DNA of 37,023 nt from a virus (Duplodnaviria > Caudoviricetes). The notes beneath the pieces were generated by a model. It searched no databases and was not told where the DNA came from. It saw only the letters and a program-made list of their open reading frames with translations. Positions 9,868-19,050 of this stretch are shown here, piece after piece; position 1 is the first letter of the stretch, and each line of letters opens with the position of its first letter. The position numbers and the translations under genes were made by a program. The DNA is taken from positions 1-37,023 of IMG/VR virus record IMGVR_UViG_3300025654_000021. One strand, 5' to 3'.

Positions 9868-10374
9868 ATGATAAACGGAACATTAAAGATATTATATATA
9901 AAACAATATGGCGAGTATTTGCCTATCGGTTGTTTAACGGATAATAGTTTTTCAGAAAGTGCCGAAATGTTAGACACAACTGTAAGAACAAATACAAACG
10001 GATGGACTAGCTCTATACCTGTTGGTCAATCTTACAATATTGATTTTAGCGGATTGGTAACTAACGATATTTCAAGCGACTCAATTATAACGTTTCAAGC
10101 GTTAAGGGACATAAAAAGACAAAGACAACTATTAGAATGGAGAGTTTCAGACGGTAATGGTAATGATGATTTTGGATCAGCATATATAAACAGCTTAGGG
10201 GAAAGCTCTACAATAGATGAGTTTGTTTCTTTTAATGGTAGTTTAGTAGGACAAGGAGAGCCAACAAATACTTTTGACGAGTTATTTTATGGCTATAAAG
10301 ACAGGGTTTTAGCTGATGGGGGTACTTTTGAAGCTGAACGATGTGTAAAAGAATATATAGAAAAAATAATATAA
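9868..10374 (+). CDS. Second tail-tube-like protein with C-terminal extension
   Basis: PIGCLTDNSF...LDTT...YNIDFSG...VSFNGSLVGQG aligns by eye with 4349-4792. Confidence 0.7.
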   Translation: MINGTLKILYIKQYGEYLPIGCLTDNSFSESAEMLDTTVRTNTNGWTSSIPVGQSYNIDFSGLVTNDISSDSIITFQALRDIKRQRQLLEWRVSDGNGNDDFGSAYINSLGESSTIDEFVSFNGSLVGQGEPTNTFDELFYGYKDRVLADGGTFEAERCVKEYIEKII

Positions 10375-10375
10375 C

Positions 10376-11086
10376 ATGAGTACAGTATTTGCATTTATAC
10401 CGCAGTCTTATAATACAAGCAAAGCATTTATAATAGTTCCTAGCTCTGTTGGGTTTATTAATTTTAGTAGACCAGCACCAGCAGACAGAACAGACCCAAA
10501 CGGAGACACTGAGTCTATGGCAACAAACGTTCCTAGAATTGATTATTCAGGGGAGGGTTGCCCTGTTTTGCTTTTAGATAATTCTTTAACAGAGAGATGT
10601 TACCAAGCGTACCAACTAGCTATAAATCCTAATAAAATGGTTTGGGAGCTAGAATTAGCTGCTGCAAGTAACACAACAGGAACAGAAAGAGTTGTAGCTA
10701 TGACAGACCTAACAAATAGCATTGTATCTATAGGTTACACTTCGACTGATAATCAAATATCTACTAAGTTTATAAATAATAGTACTACAATAGCTGATAT
10801 CACATTTGACCACTCAGACAATACTATACTAAGAGATATAAAAGTAGTCAAAAACGGAACAGATATCTTAGTTAAGATTGATAATGTTTATGTTGGTGGT
10901 GTATTTGATGCTACTAACTTACCTACAATTGAAGAAATGAGCTACTCAGTTGCCAACACTAGAGATTGGATGGACGGTAAAACAAGAGATAACACAGTTT
11001 TTGACGATATAACAAAATATGATAGTACTGATACATCATGGGGTCAAGTAGTACAAAATATTAGTAACTTATTTACAGAGAGATAA
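10376..11086 (+). CDS. Minor tail/fibre-associated protein
   Basis: FSRPAPADRTDPNG...NVPRIDYSGEGCPVLLL module; beta-rich C-terminus. Confidence 0.55.
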   Translation: MSTVFAFIPQSYNTSKAFIIVPSSVGFINFSRPAPADRTDPNGDTESMATNVPRIDYSGEGCPVLLLDNSLTERCYQAYQLAINPNKMVWELELAAASNTTGTERVVAMTDLTNSIVSIGYTSTDNQISTKFINNSTTIADITFDHSDNTILRDIKVVKNGTDILVKIDNVYVGGVFDATNLPTIEEMSYSVANTRDWMDGKTRDNTVFDDITKYDSTDTSWGQVVQNISNLFTER

Positions 11087-12243
11087 TGGGATATGAAATA
11101 AATTTAGGTAACGGAGAATGGGCTACAGGTCAAGGCGGAATGGCTATGACTGTTACTGATACAGATACAGGAGTAAAGGAGGCTGTTTTAATGGGCTGTG
11201 ATAGAAACTCTAACAAAACAGCGGTAAACAAAGATGGTTTATTATATGATGTTTTACCATACGAGCCTAGTGTAACTTATGTTGATGGTGTTGGTGTTTT
11301 GAATAACGAACCACAAGCCACTAATATTATTACTTATAGCGAAGATTTTAGTCAGTGGAATAGTTCTTCATCAGGCTTAGGAGATTCCGTAATCGTGACT
11401 CCTAACAACTCAATAAGTCCAACGGGTTTAAATGATGCGACAAAATTAGATTTTAATTTAAACGGAGGTAATACGGCATCTGATGTGTCTCAACTAATTT
11501 TATTATACAACGCTACTAGTGGACAAGAATTAACATCTTCCATATGGATAAAATCAGCAGATACAAATGATTATACAATTGCTCTTGATTCAGATAGCCA
11601 ACAAGGAAATTTGGTTGTAGCCACTAACGAATGGCAAAGATTAGACACTAAAAGAACAGGCGCAAACACAGGTTCAAGAACTTTTAAAATAGGTCTAAGA
11701 GGTTCTTTTGGAACTTCTGATAGTGCTAGTGTTTTAGTTTATGGCGCACAACTAGAAGCAGGCTCACTAGCTACTTCCTACATACCAACAAACGGAGCAA
11801 CACAAACAAGACTAGCAGACACAGGGTTTAAAACACCTGATATTAGTAAGTGGATTGATGGTTCTGATTTTATTGTGGAGTTTTCTTTTAAGGATTTAGG
11901 AGCTTCTAGTTCACGAAGAAGATTAACATTGTCTGATGGTAGTACCTCAAACAGATTGCGTATAACAAAAGAAGCTTTAGGCACTCTGTCTGTTAACTTT
12001 GACATAGGAGGCGTATCTTCTGCGGTTGCAATGGCTATTTCAAGTACTCCGAGTCAGGATTTTGTATTAAAAATACGGGGTAAGTCAGGAAGTTATTTTG
12101 CTAGTATAGATGGTGTTGATTTTGGAAACTCCACAAATAGTGTTGCTCTTGGTGTAGATGATATCAAATTTTTAGTTTTAGCAGAAGTAAACGATACTCT
12201 TATTTTTGATGCGAAAATAAAATCAATAAAAATAACTTCATAA
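11086..12243 (+). CDS. Tail fibre/receptor-binding protein with carbohydrate-binding/LamG-like domains (putative)
   Basis: EPQATNIITYSEDFSQW ... YGAQLEAGSLATSYIPTNGATQTR motifs. Confidence 0.65.
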   Translation: MGYEINLGNGEWATGQGGMAMTVTDTDTGVKEAVLMGCDRNSNKTAVNKDGLLYDVLPYEPSVTYVDGVGVLNNEPQATNIITYSEDFSQWNSSSSGLGDSVIVTPNNSISPTGLNDATKLDFNLNGGNTASDVSQLILLYNATSGQELTSSIWIKSADTNDYTIALDSDSQQGNLVVATNEWQRLDTKRTGANTGSRTFKIGLRGSFGTSDSASVLVYGAQLEAGSLATSYIPTNGATQTRLADTGFKTPDISKWIDGSDFIVEFSFKDLGASSSRRRLTLSDGSTSNRLRITKEALGTLSVNFDIGGVSSAVAMAISSTPSQDFVLKIRGKSGSYFASIDGVDFGNSTNSVALGVDDIKFLVLAEVNDTLIFDAKIKSIKITS

Positions 12244-12560
12244 TGAAACACTACGGAAAATACATATTCCCAACACACGAGAAAGCGTTGGAGATGCTAA
12301 AAAGTTTACAATCAACAGAAGAAAACCATAGCTTTCATATAGCGGGGGGTTTAATCAGAGAAAAGATTGCAGAAGCTACAGAAGCAGAGTATTCGGATAG
12401 ATACCAATTAGATGTTATTTGGCATAATCTACCAAACGAGGGTACAGAAGAAGAACCTGTTTATGACCACCCTTACGGATGGAAAAAATACAAAGCAGAA
12501 GTATCAGGAGAAGGAAATCATAGGATGGGAGCTTACTCATACCAAAAGTGTAAACTATAA
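12243..12560 (+). CDS. Hypothetical protein (possible fibre assembly partner)
   Basis: Overlapping start/stop with fibre gene; HPYGWKKY motif. Confidence 0.65.
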   Translation: MKHYGKYIFPTHEKALEMLKSLQSTEENHSFHIAGGLIREKIAEATEAEYSDRYQLDVIWHNLPNEGTEEEPVYDHPYGWKKYKAEVSGEGNHRMGAYSYQKCKL

Positions 12561-12563
12561 TCA

Positions 12564-12989
12564 ATGCTAACAAGTTTTCACACAGCAGTATCGTATGCAG
12601 TAGGAACGTGTATAACATACGTAACTAAGAATCCTTACCTTGGTGCTGCTTGCGTGTTTGCTTTACATTATCCTATTGATTACTTAGGGGAAAACGTTAG
12701 TAAGGGTTATCAGAAGTATGAGATTATATTTCATGCTTTATATTTAACATTGGGTATTATTTATAATGATTGGATAATGTTTTTAATATATGCTTTGTCG
12801 GGTAACTTAATGGATGTTATAGATAAGAAGTTGTATTTATCAATATTATATCCTTACAAATATAGTCATTGGTATATATTCCACAAAAAAGAAAGAAAGA
12901 CCCTAAAATTAAGCAAAGGATTAACAAAAGAAATAACTTTCTGTATGATTGCTATATTGATTATATTTGTAGTATTAAATTTAAAATAA
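12564..12989 (+). CDS. Membrane protein
   Basis: Several hydrophobic segments; H..HYPID pattern. Confidence 0.6.
   Translation: MLTSFHTAVSYAVGTCITYVTKNPYLGAACVFALHYPIDYLGENVSKGYQKYEIIFHALYLTLGIIYNDWIMFLIYALSGNLMDVIDKKLYLSILYPYKYSHWYIFHKKERKTLKLSKGLTKEITFCMIAILIIFVVLNLK
12962..12969 (+). promoter_or_regulatory. Bacteroidota sigma-70 -7 element TATATTTG upstream of lysis genes
   Basis: Perfect TAnnTTTG, 27 nt before ATG 12996. Confidence 0.5.
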
Positions 12990-12995
12990 ATAAAA

Positions 12996-13247
12996 ATGAA
13001 AAATTGGAAAACAACAGCGATTGGTGTAATTGCTTTAATCGGATTAGGATTTAATGCTTACACTAACGGAGGTTTTAGCGTTGCTGACTTCTTGTTATTA
13101 ATTACGGGTATTGGGTTTTTAGCGGCTAAGGATGGAAACGTAACAAATTCAAGCAATGGTAAGTTATATACAAAAGGTAGCTCCCTAGCTGCTAGAATGA
13201 AAAGAAACATTGGAGGTGATGGACTTCCTAAAAGCGAAAGAGATTAG
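12996..13247 (+). CDS. Holin-like protein (2 TM)
   Basis: MKNWKTTAIG...GIGFLAAKD pattern, two TM helices, lysis-cassette position. Confidence 0.65.
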   Translation: MKNWKTTAIGVIALIGLGFNAYTNGGFSVADFLLLITGIGFLAAKDGNVTNSSNGKLYTKGSSLAARMKRNIGGDGLPKSERD

Positions 13248-13250
13248 AAA

Positions 13251-13640
13251 ATGACTAAAAGAAACTTTTACATATTATTAGCCCTGAGTACAGTAACGTT
13301 GTTATCAGGGCTTCATAATTTATTCATAGGGATGGGTAGAATAAACCCGTTTTTGTTTTATGATTACTATAATAGTGTAGGAGTAAAAGGTATAAATATA
13401 TCTGCATTTGTTTATGAATTAGGTTATATGATACAGGTTTTAGTTGTTCTTTTTTTATGTATATTTATATCTAATAGCAAAAGCACTAAAAATATAATAC
13501 AACCATTTATATTGATTGCACTTATTGATATTTTGGATTATATTGCATTCTACAAACAACTATCATATATAAAATTGCCATTACTCGTTTTACTGGTGCT
13601 AATCTATAATATAAAATGGAAAAAATTAAAGGTAAAATGA
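13251..13640 (+). CDS. Membrane protein (lysis cassette)
   Basis: 3-4 hydrophobic helices. Confidence 0.6.
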   Translation: MTKRNFYILLALSTVTLLSGLHNLFIGMGRINPFLFYDYYNSVGVKGINISAFVYELGYMIQVLVVLFLCIFISNSKSTKNIIQPFILIALIDILDYIAFYKQLSYIKLPLLVLLVLIYNIKWKKLKVK

Positions 13641-13897
13641 ACGAGCCATCTACAAAACTTCAATTAATAATAGCAGTATTTATTGCTTTAATACCTACTT
13701 TTCTTGTCATGTGGAATAACTCCAGGGACGAACTAAACAAAACTGTAGCTAGACATGAGGTTACTTTAGAGAACCACGAGCTTAGAATAAATCTACAAGA
13801 GGTCAAAAGCGAAAAGATAGACGCAAGCTTAGAAGAGATTAAGAGAGGTATAACTAAAATACAATTATCACTAAAAGATAAAAAGAATAAAGATTGA
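13637..13897 (+). CDS. Single-TM coiled-coil protein (holin/antiholin-like)
   Basis: N-terminal TM then heptad-rich region; ATGA overlap suggests start 13637 rather than 13616. Confidence 0.55.
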   Translation: MNEPSTKLQLIIAVFIALIPTFLVMWNNSRDELNKTVARHEVTLENHELRINLQEVKSEKIDASLEEIKRGITKIQLSLKDKKNKD

Positions 13898-14322
13898 GAG
13901 CAGTAAAACTATTAATAGAGAGATATTCACATGGGGAAAAGCAAACCATAGGCAGTTTATTTGGTTTATCTGACTTTAACCACGTTCTTTTTAAATGTGA
14001 TACACTAGAGTTGACATGGAAAGAAAACAAGACAAACATAAGTTGTATTCCAACAGGGGAGTATATAGTAAAAAAGAGATACTCAAAGAAATTCAAAAAC
14101 CATCTCCATATTACAGAGGTTATTGGGCGAACTCATATATTAATACACTCGGGTAATTTCTATACAGATATTTTAGGATGTGTTTTAGTGGGTAAATTAG
14201 GTTACGTAAACAAAGACGATATAATAGATGTGTCAAGCTCTAAAAAGACGTTAAAAAACCTTATCAACAGCTTAGAGTTTGATTCTAACGGAGAGATGCC
14301 TTTAGAAATAATTAATATATAA
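13894..14322 (+). CDS. DUF5675-like protein, candidate endolysin
   Basis: TIGSL...CDTLE..W..N..NISCIPTGEY...V.GRTHILIHSGN...DILGCVLVG signature; lysis-cassette position. Confidence 0.75.
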   Translation: MRAVKLLIERYSHGEKQTIGSLFGLSDFNHVLFKCDTLELTWKENKTNISCIPTGEYIVKKRYSKKFKNHLHITEVIGRTHILIHSGNFYTDILGCVLVGKLGYVNKDDIIDVSSSKKTLKNLINSLEFDSNGEMPLEIINI

Positions 14323-14436
14323 AAAAAAACACACATTTTAGACTATGCGTGTTTTTAAGAATTTTAGTAAAAAATCAACCTAGTTTTATCGAACTAGATA
14401 TCTAGAATTATTAATCACGGCTAAGATAATATAATT

Positions 14437-14886
14437 ATGAGATACTACAAAGTTTTTTTAATACTTTTATTTATCTCTTGTAAATCTACAGAGTCTACAA
14501 ACAATAACAAGCTAGACGTAGATAGAAAAACAATAGACAAAACTGTTACGGTTCAGAAATTAGACAGAGTTTCATTTTCTTTTGATGAGATTACAGTAGT
14601 TGCACACGATCCAAAACTAGAAACTACTATAACTGATTCTAACGGCATTAAAAATACTTTTAAAAACGTTAAGACTATCACTATCAAAAAGCAAAAGAAA
14701 GACAGCGTAGTGCAATCTAATGAGGTTAAAAAGGATATAGACGAACATTTAAAAGACAAATCTATAATAAGAACTAAAGATAAGTCTATTTCTGATGCTA
14801 ATAATTACAAGTGGATATTTATAGCGATAGCCTTTATAGTTTTATTTATGCTTATTGGTTACTTAGTTTTTAAATTCAAGAGATAA
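14437..14886 (+). CDS. Lipoprotein with C-terminal TM helix, candidate unimolecular spanin
   Basis: Signal peptide with lipobox-like LFISC, beta-rich middle, C-terminal hydrophobic helix followed by KFKR. Confidence 0.65.
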   Translation: MRYYKVFLILLFISCKSTESTNNNKLDVDRKTIDKTVTVQKLDRVSFSFDEITVVAHDPKLETTITDSNGIKNTFKNVKTITIKKQKKDSVVQSNEVKKDIDEHLKDKSIIRTKDKSISDANNYKWIFIAIAFIVLFMLIGYLVFKFKR

Positions 14887-15503
14887 ACGCAAAACTCATC
14901 AGAATAAACAGCTAACTCTTTGTTTATTTTATTCCTAATTATTATCCTATTATCTAAAGAGTAGTTTAAATCTGCTTTCTTTAATCTTAGAACTATTTTT
15001 TTAGCCTTGTAGTAAAGTTCTTTGTATTCCGAATTACTTATATCTAAAGCAGGTGTTTTTCTTAGCTCGCTTATAAAGTTCATGTAGTCTTGACCGTATT
15101 CTTCAACAACACCCTCTCTTAGTAGTCCATCATCATTTTGAAAGTGGTTAGACCTTGCGCATTGCCTGTGTATATTGTGTAGGTTGTATCTTATTGTTTG
15201 GTTTCCACCTCTTGCAAATACATGACCTGCGTGCATTTGCCCTCCTGTTTTTCTAGCTAAACAAAACAAATCTTTATCTATTAGCCTAACTATTTTATTT
15301 ATCTCGTCTTGAAACTTGCTTTTCCAATTAGTTAACTTCTCTCTAAGTTGTTTCTTTTCTGCTTTCCACTCTTTAGCCTTTTTGTCTTTTAGCTTTTCTT
15401 GTGATAGCTTATAACCGCAATATGGAGAACACCAAGACACCAAAGAATTGAACTGCTCAAATTCAGTATTGCAAACTTTACATTTTTTCTTTTTAGGTTT
15501 CAT
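14859..15503 (-). CDS. ninG: NinG/Rap-family recombination endonuclease
   Basis: KKKCKVC...WCSPYCG zinc motif; HAGHV.....IRYNLHNIHRQC HNH-like motif; start reassigned to MKPKKKK. Confidence 0.8.
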   Translation of the reverse strand: MKPKKKKCKVCNTEFEQFNSLVSWCSPYCGYKLSQEKLKDKKAKEWKAEKKQLREKLTNWKSKFQDEINKIVRLIDKDLFCLARKTGGQMHAGHVFARGGNQTIRYNLHNIHRQCARSNHFQNDDGLLREGVVEEYGQDYMNFISELRKTPALDISNSEYKELYYKAKKIVLRLKKADLNYSLDNRIIIRNKINKELAVYSDEFCVYLLNLKTK

Positions 15504-15557
15504 AGTAACGTATAAGATTTTGTACAAAAACAACCTATTTGTATTTTATATTGAACA

Positions 15558-15971
15558 TTAAAAATGTTGTTCTATCTGTTCTTTTACTGATTCCTTATCA
15601 AAGTTAAAATACTTTTCTATACTATCCAACATTGCGGAGTAAAGTTCTGAGAACTCTAACTCGCTCATCTTGGCAAATGATATGCTTTTAGGCTCTGTTA
15701 TCTCTTCTCCGTGTATAGTTATCCTTTTAGTATAGTAACCACTAGCAACCGTTAAATCTCTTCTTAGTTGATTTATATTGTTGTAGTGTTCTTGATTGTC
15801 ATATACTAAATTAATCAATGCGAAAAACTTTCTGTGAAACTTTATATTTCTGGGTTGTGTTATCTTGCATTTAACCTCTTTGAGAGGCTTAATCTTCTTT
15901 GCTTTTTCAAGGTCTGAGTCATAAGCCAATTTAAAAGAGTTATCAAACTGTTTAATTAGTGTTAGCTCCAT
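15558..15971 (-). CDS. NinB/DUF1367-like protein
   Basis: PRNIKFHRKFFALI ... PKSISFAKMSELEFSELY signature. Confidence 0.75.
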   Translation of the reverse strand: MELTLIKQFDNSFKLAYDSDLEKAKKIKPLKEVKCKITQPRNIKFHRKFFALINLVYDNQEHYNNINQLRRDLTVASGYYTKRITIHGEEITEPKSISFAKMSELEFSELYSAMLDSIEKYFNFDKESVKEQIEQHF

Positions 15972-15994
15972 CTGTTAAGGTTTTACGTTTTTCT

Positions 15995-16222
15995 TTACAA
16001 ATCAAATCCCTTTGATAACAAAATGTACGTATCGTTATCATAAAGCTTTATAGCTCTAACTATTATTATGCTATTTGTTTTCATTCTATCCTTTTCAACT
16101 TTTGTAAACTCAGAACCTAAATCTACGTTGTCAGCGTCTAGCCTTAATAGTGCGTCTGTGGTTTCTCTATTGCTTAGTTTTAGGTCTACTATTTCTTGTA
16201 TTCTTTCTCTAATGTTTTCCAT
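15995..16222 (-). CDS. Hypothetical protein
   Basis: Co-oriented ORF in leftward operon with A-rich start. Confidence 0.65.
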   Translation of the reverse strand: MENIRERIQEIVDLKLSNRETTDALLRLDADNVDLGSEFTKVEKDRMKTNSIIIVRAIKLYDNDTYILLSKGFDL

Positions 16223-16322
16223 TTTTTTTGTTTTTAGTTATACGTTCTTACATATAAAATAGCTTATTAACTATAAATTATACGCAACAACATATAAAAT
16301 ATTGTGTATCGCGATATGCGAT

Positions 16323-17540
16323 TTATCTATTTATAAAAATTGGTAGTATTGTATTATCTACTCCTGTGAAACTTTCTATTACAAACCCTCTTCTACCTTT
16401 TTTAAAGTTGTTTTGTACCCATTGAGAGCTTGGAGATGCAGCAGGATAGTTGTAATAATCAAAATCATCTGATCCAGCCATATCTAAAATTAATTGGTGT
16501 GAATCTCCTTTTTTAAATATAATCCTTTTAGCTTGACCGTATAAATTATGATGTTTGATATATTGGTCTATCTTTTCTACTTGTTTAGAATCTAGTTGAG
16601 GTTTAAAACCAAACTTTAAAGTACTATCATCTTTACCATGTGAGATTAAAAACAAGATACCGTTAACAATGTAGTGACTAATAAAATTAACGTGGTTTGT
16701 TATCTCTACGTTTTTATACTTTAACTCTGCGTATGTTTTAAACTGTTGATTAAGTAAGTAGCCAAAGTCTCCAGCGTGGTTATCATTGCAAACGTTATTA
16801 AATACTATTTTATTGTAATACTTTACTAATCCATCTAAGATAATAGATTTAAACTCAAAAGCACAATCAAATGCTTCTTTATTTGTCATGTTCTGAGGTA
16901 GTTTATGCCCTCCACGGGTTGTTAAAGCGTTGAATCCGTCTAGTAAATCTCCTAAATCATCAACAACTAATATATCAGACTTTCTATTAGATAGGGTTTT
17001 ATTTACAATAAGTTTAGCAGTTTCTAAAATAGAGTCTCTGTTCCATAACTCAGCATACATACTATTCTTATTCTTATTAGTGTCTAAGCCTACGTGTACA
17101 TCTGTGAATGTGATAGTATCAAAGTCAGATTCTGTGTTTGTTAGAGGCTTTAGTTTAAGTTTAACAGGCTTTACGTGTTTTTTAATAATTGCAGTAAAAT
17201 CTACTTCATCTTTTGGGCTATCCTTTTTAGGTTTGTATTGGATCCATTGTTGCCCTGTTGTTTTTGATGTAGATATTTTAACTATCTCGAAATTATCAGG
17301 AATTTCTATTGGTTTACTTTGTAGCTTTTCAATCGTAGAAACTATCTCTCCATCTTTGTCAAGTCTTTTTTGTGTCTCTACAAAAGAACGGTCATTAGTT
17401 TGTAGCCTTAAAATTCTTAATTCTTCAATTTTTTGTTCATCTAAATAATACCTATTCTGTTTTCTTCCTGGAGCGTCTTCTTTGGGTTTAAATCCTAGTA
17501 TAACCGCTTCTTCTTTGTTTAACCATTTATATTTTTTCAT
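16323..17540 (-). CDS. Calcineurin-like metallophosphoesterase
   Basis: TDVHVG, LGDLLDG, NDNH, SHG, GDSHQ metal-binding motifs. Confidence 0.8.
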   Translation of the reverse strand: MKKYKWLNKEEAVILGFKPKEDAPGRKQNRYYLDEQKIEELRILRLQTNDRSFVETQKRLDKDGEIVSTIEKLQSKPIEIPDNFEIVKISTSKTTGQQWIQYKPKKDSPKDEVDFTAIIKKHVKPVKLKLKPLTNTESDFDTITFTDVHVGLDTNKNKNSMYAELWNRDSILETAKLIVNKTLSNRKSDILVVDDLGDLLDGFNALTTRGGHKLPQNMTNKEAFDCAFEFKSIILDGLVKYYNKIVFNNVCNDNHAGDFGYLLNQQFKTYAELKYKNVEITNHVNFISHYIVNGILFLISHGKDDSTLKFGFKPQLDSKQVEKIDQYIKHHNLYGQAKRIIFKKGDSHQLILDMAGSDDFDYYNYPAASPSSQWVQNNFKKGRRGFVIESFTGVDNTILPIFINR

Positions 17541-17637
17541 AAGATATTATTTATAGTTTAAATTAATTAACCCTCCCTTGTTTATAATCTACACAACGAC
17601 GTTAAAATTATTAGTTTGGGAGGGTGTTAGTTAAATT

Positions 17638-17979
17638 TTAGAATGGCAAATCTGCTGATCCATCTTCGTAAGCTGTTAATTCAGGTGCAGCTTGTGTTTC
17701 AAAACTTGCTCCAGGTGCATCTGTATTAGCCTCTATCCTCCATCCTTGTAGACTTACGTAGTATTTACCTTTGTATTCATTACCTCTAATATTAATAGAT
17801 ACAGTAACACTATCTCCAATATTCCAAGAGTCTAATAAACTTGTCTTGTCTTTAAAGAAGTCCATAGCTATGTCTTGTGGATATTGCTCATCGGTTGTTA
17901 TTACTAATTGTCTTTTTGTAAACCCACTATCAAAAGTTTGAGTTTCTGCTTTTAATTTAATTTTTCCTTTAATCTCCAT
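17638..17979 (-). CDS. DUF3127-like single-stranded DNA-binding protein
   Basis: MEIKGKIK...FTKRQLVITTDEQYPQ...NIRGNEYKGKYY..LQGWRI, acidic DLPF tail; start reassigned to 17979. Confidence 0.85.
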   Translation of the reverse strand: MEIKGKIKLKAETQTFDSGFTKRQLVITTDEQYPQDIAMDFFKDKTSLLDSWNIGDSVTVSINIRGNEYKGKYYVSLQGWRIEANTDAPGASFETQAAPELTAYEDGSADLPF

Positions 17980-18022
17980 TTGTTTATATTTATTATTGTT
18001 ATTTATTTTAACTAATTCTTTT

Positions 18023-18196
18023 TTAATCAAATTGCTTTATTTCTCTTTCAACCATGTTCCAATACATAGCGGCTTCTCTAACACCGTTAGCACTCAAATA
18101 CTTCCTTATTTCCAATGTACAAGCTAGTGCCATTTCTTTGCTTCCAAAGGTTTCTATCAACCCTACTGCTCTTTGTTTAGGTGTATCTCTTATCAT
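18023..18196 (-). CDS. Small hypothetical protein (57 aa; TPKQRA...YWNMVEREIKQF)
   Basis: Fills gap in operon; not in ORF track. Confidence 0.65.
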   Translation of the reverse strand: MIRDTPKQRAVGLIETFGSKEMALACTLEIRKYLSANGVREAAMYWNMVEREIKQFD

Positions 18197-18198
18197 AT

Positions 18199-18444
18199 TT
18201 ATTTATTTCTAATTATTTCTTTATAATTCTCTCTTGCTTTCTTTAAATCTTTGTAGTCCTTGTTTAGTTTGTTATAAATAGGGTCATCTTTAAAGTTATC
18301 TTTGTAGTCGTCTGGCTCTGCACTCCAATCTTTTATAATTTCTTTGTTAGGCTTTTGGAATCTCTCAAAAAACTCTAACTCTGTTAGTGGGTCTGTTAGT
18401 ATTACGTAGTTCATACGCTCGTATTCTCTTTTACTTGCTCCCAT
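18199..18444 (-). CDS. Hypothetical protein
   Basis: Co-oriented, overlaps upstream gene. Confidence 0.65.
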   Translation of the reverse strand: MGASKREYERMNYVILTDPLTELEFFERFQKPNKEIIKDWSAEPDDYKDNFKDDPIYNKLNKDYKDLKKARENYKEIIRNK

Positions 18445-19039
18445 CAGTAAACGCTTTTGTTAACTTTATTGCTTTTACCTGAATCTCTGTTAAATCGTAA
18501 GTGTCTAAAACTGTTTGTAATTGAGTTTTATTAAACTTCTGTAAGGCTGTGTTAAATTTATCCTCCTCTAATTTAGGTTTATTCCCTTTATGTATATTAT
18601 TACAATACTCGTTTACATCCCAAATTTGTTTACCGTTCTGAGCAGGAAAAAACTTATTATTCTTTTGAATTACTTCTTTAATTTTAATAATCTTTAAAGA
18701 GTATAAAAACCTACCAACTCCCCACATAACAGCAGCTCTTTTAAAAGCGTCGCTTGCCTCTCCTTTTTGTTTTTCTACCTGACTTTCAGTACCGCAATCA
18801 GATTTCCAAATCCAACCTGTATAACCAGAAAGGTCTGTGTGTAATATACCTATACTTGCAAATAAATTTCCTTTATGTTCTTCATACTTTACTTGCCAAT
18901 TACAAGCACCTACAACATCGTCTAATAAATCTTGAACATCTCTAGCATCAATATAAGCTACACAAGTACAACCGTATTGGTTAGTGCTTTGAACCCTCCA
19001 CTTAAAGGGCAATTCTTTTTTTAGTTCTTCTAAATTCAT
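18431..19039 (-). CDS. Sak/Rad52-family single-strand annealing recombinase
   Basis: KWRVQ...VAYIDARDVQDLLDDVVG...W..KSDCG.ES..E..KGEASDAFKRAAVMWGVGRFLY. Confidence 0.85.
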   Translation of the reverse strand: MNLEELKKELPFKWRVQSTNQYGCTCVAYIDARDVQDLLDDVVGACNWQVKYEEHKGNLFASIGILHTDLSGYTGWIWKSDCGTESQVEKQKGEASDAFKRAAVMWGVGRFLYSLKIIKIKEVIQKNNKFFPAQNGKQIWDVNEYCNNIHKGNKPKLEEDKFNTALQKFNKTQLQTVLDTYDLTEIQVKAIKLTKAFTDGSK

Positions 19040-19050
19040 GGTTAATAATT

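Noticed and set aside
7602-12243. Diversity-generating retroelement acting on tail fibres
   Set aside because: No reverse transcriptase ORF and no TR/VR pair differing at adenines noticed.
1234-14759. Minus-strand ORFs in the structural and lysis region (e.g. 1234, 1500, 5464, 6109, 6508, 9278, 11778, 12093, 12415, 13854, 14553) and the + ORF 12869
   Set aside because: Overlap well-supported genes; antisense or alternate-frame shadows with no recognisable motifs.
17571-17624. ccctccc/gggaggg inverted repeat as a terminator or array-type site
   Set aside because: 40-nt loop, no clear T tail and no flanking cassette partner; function cannot be supported.
16068-18945. Plus-strand ORFs 16068, 16930 and 18754
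   Set aside because: Antisense shadows of the leftward operon genes.
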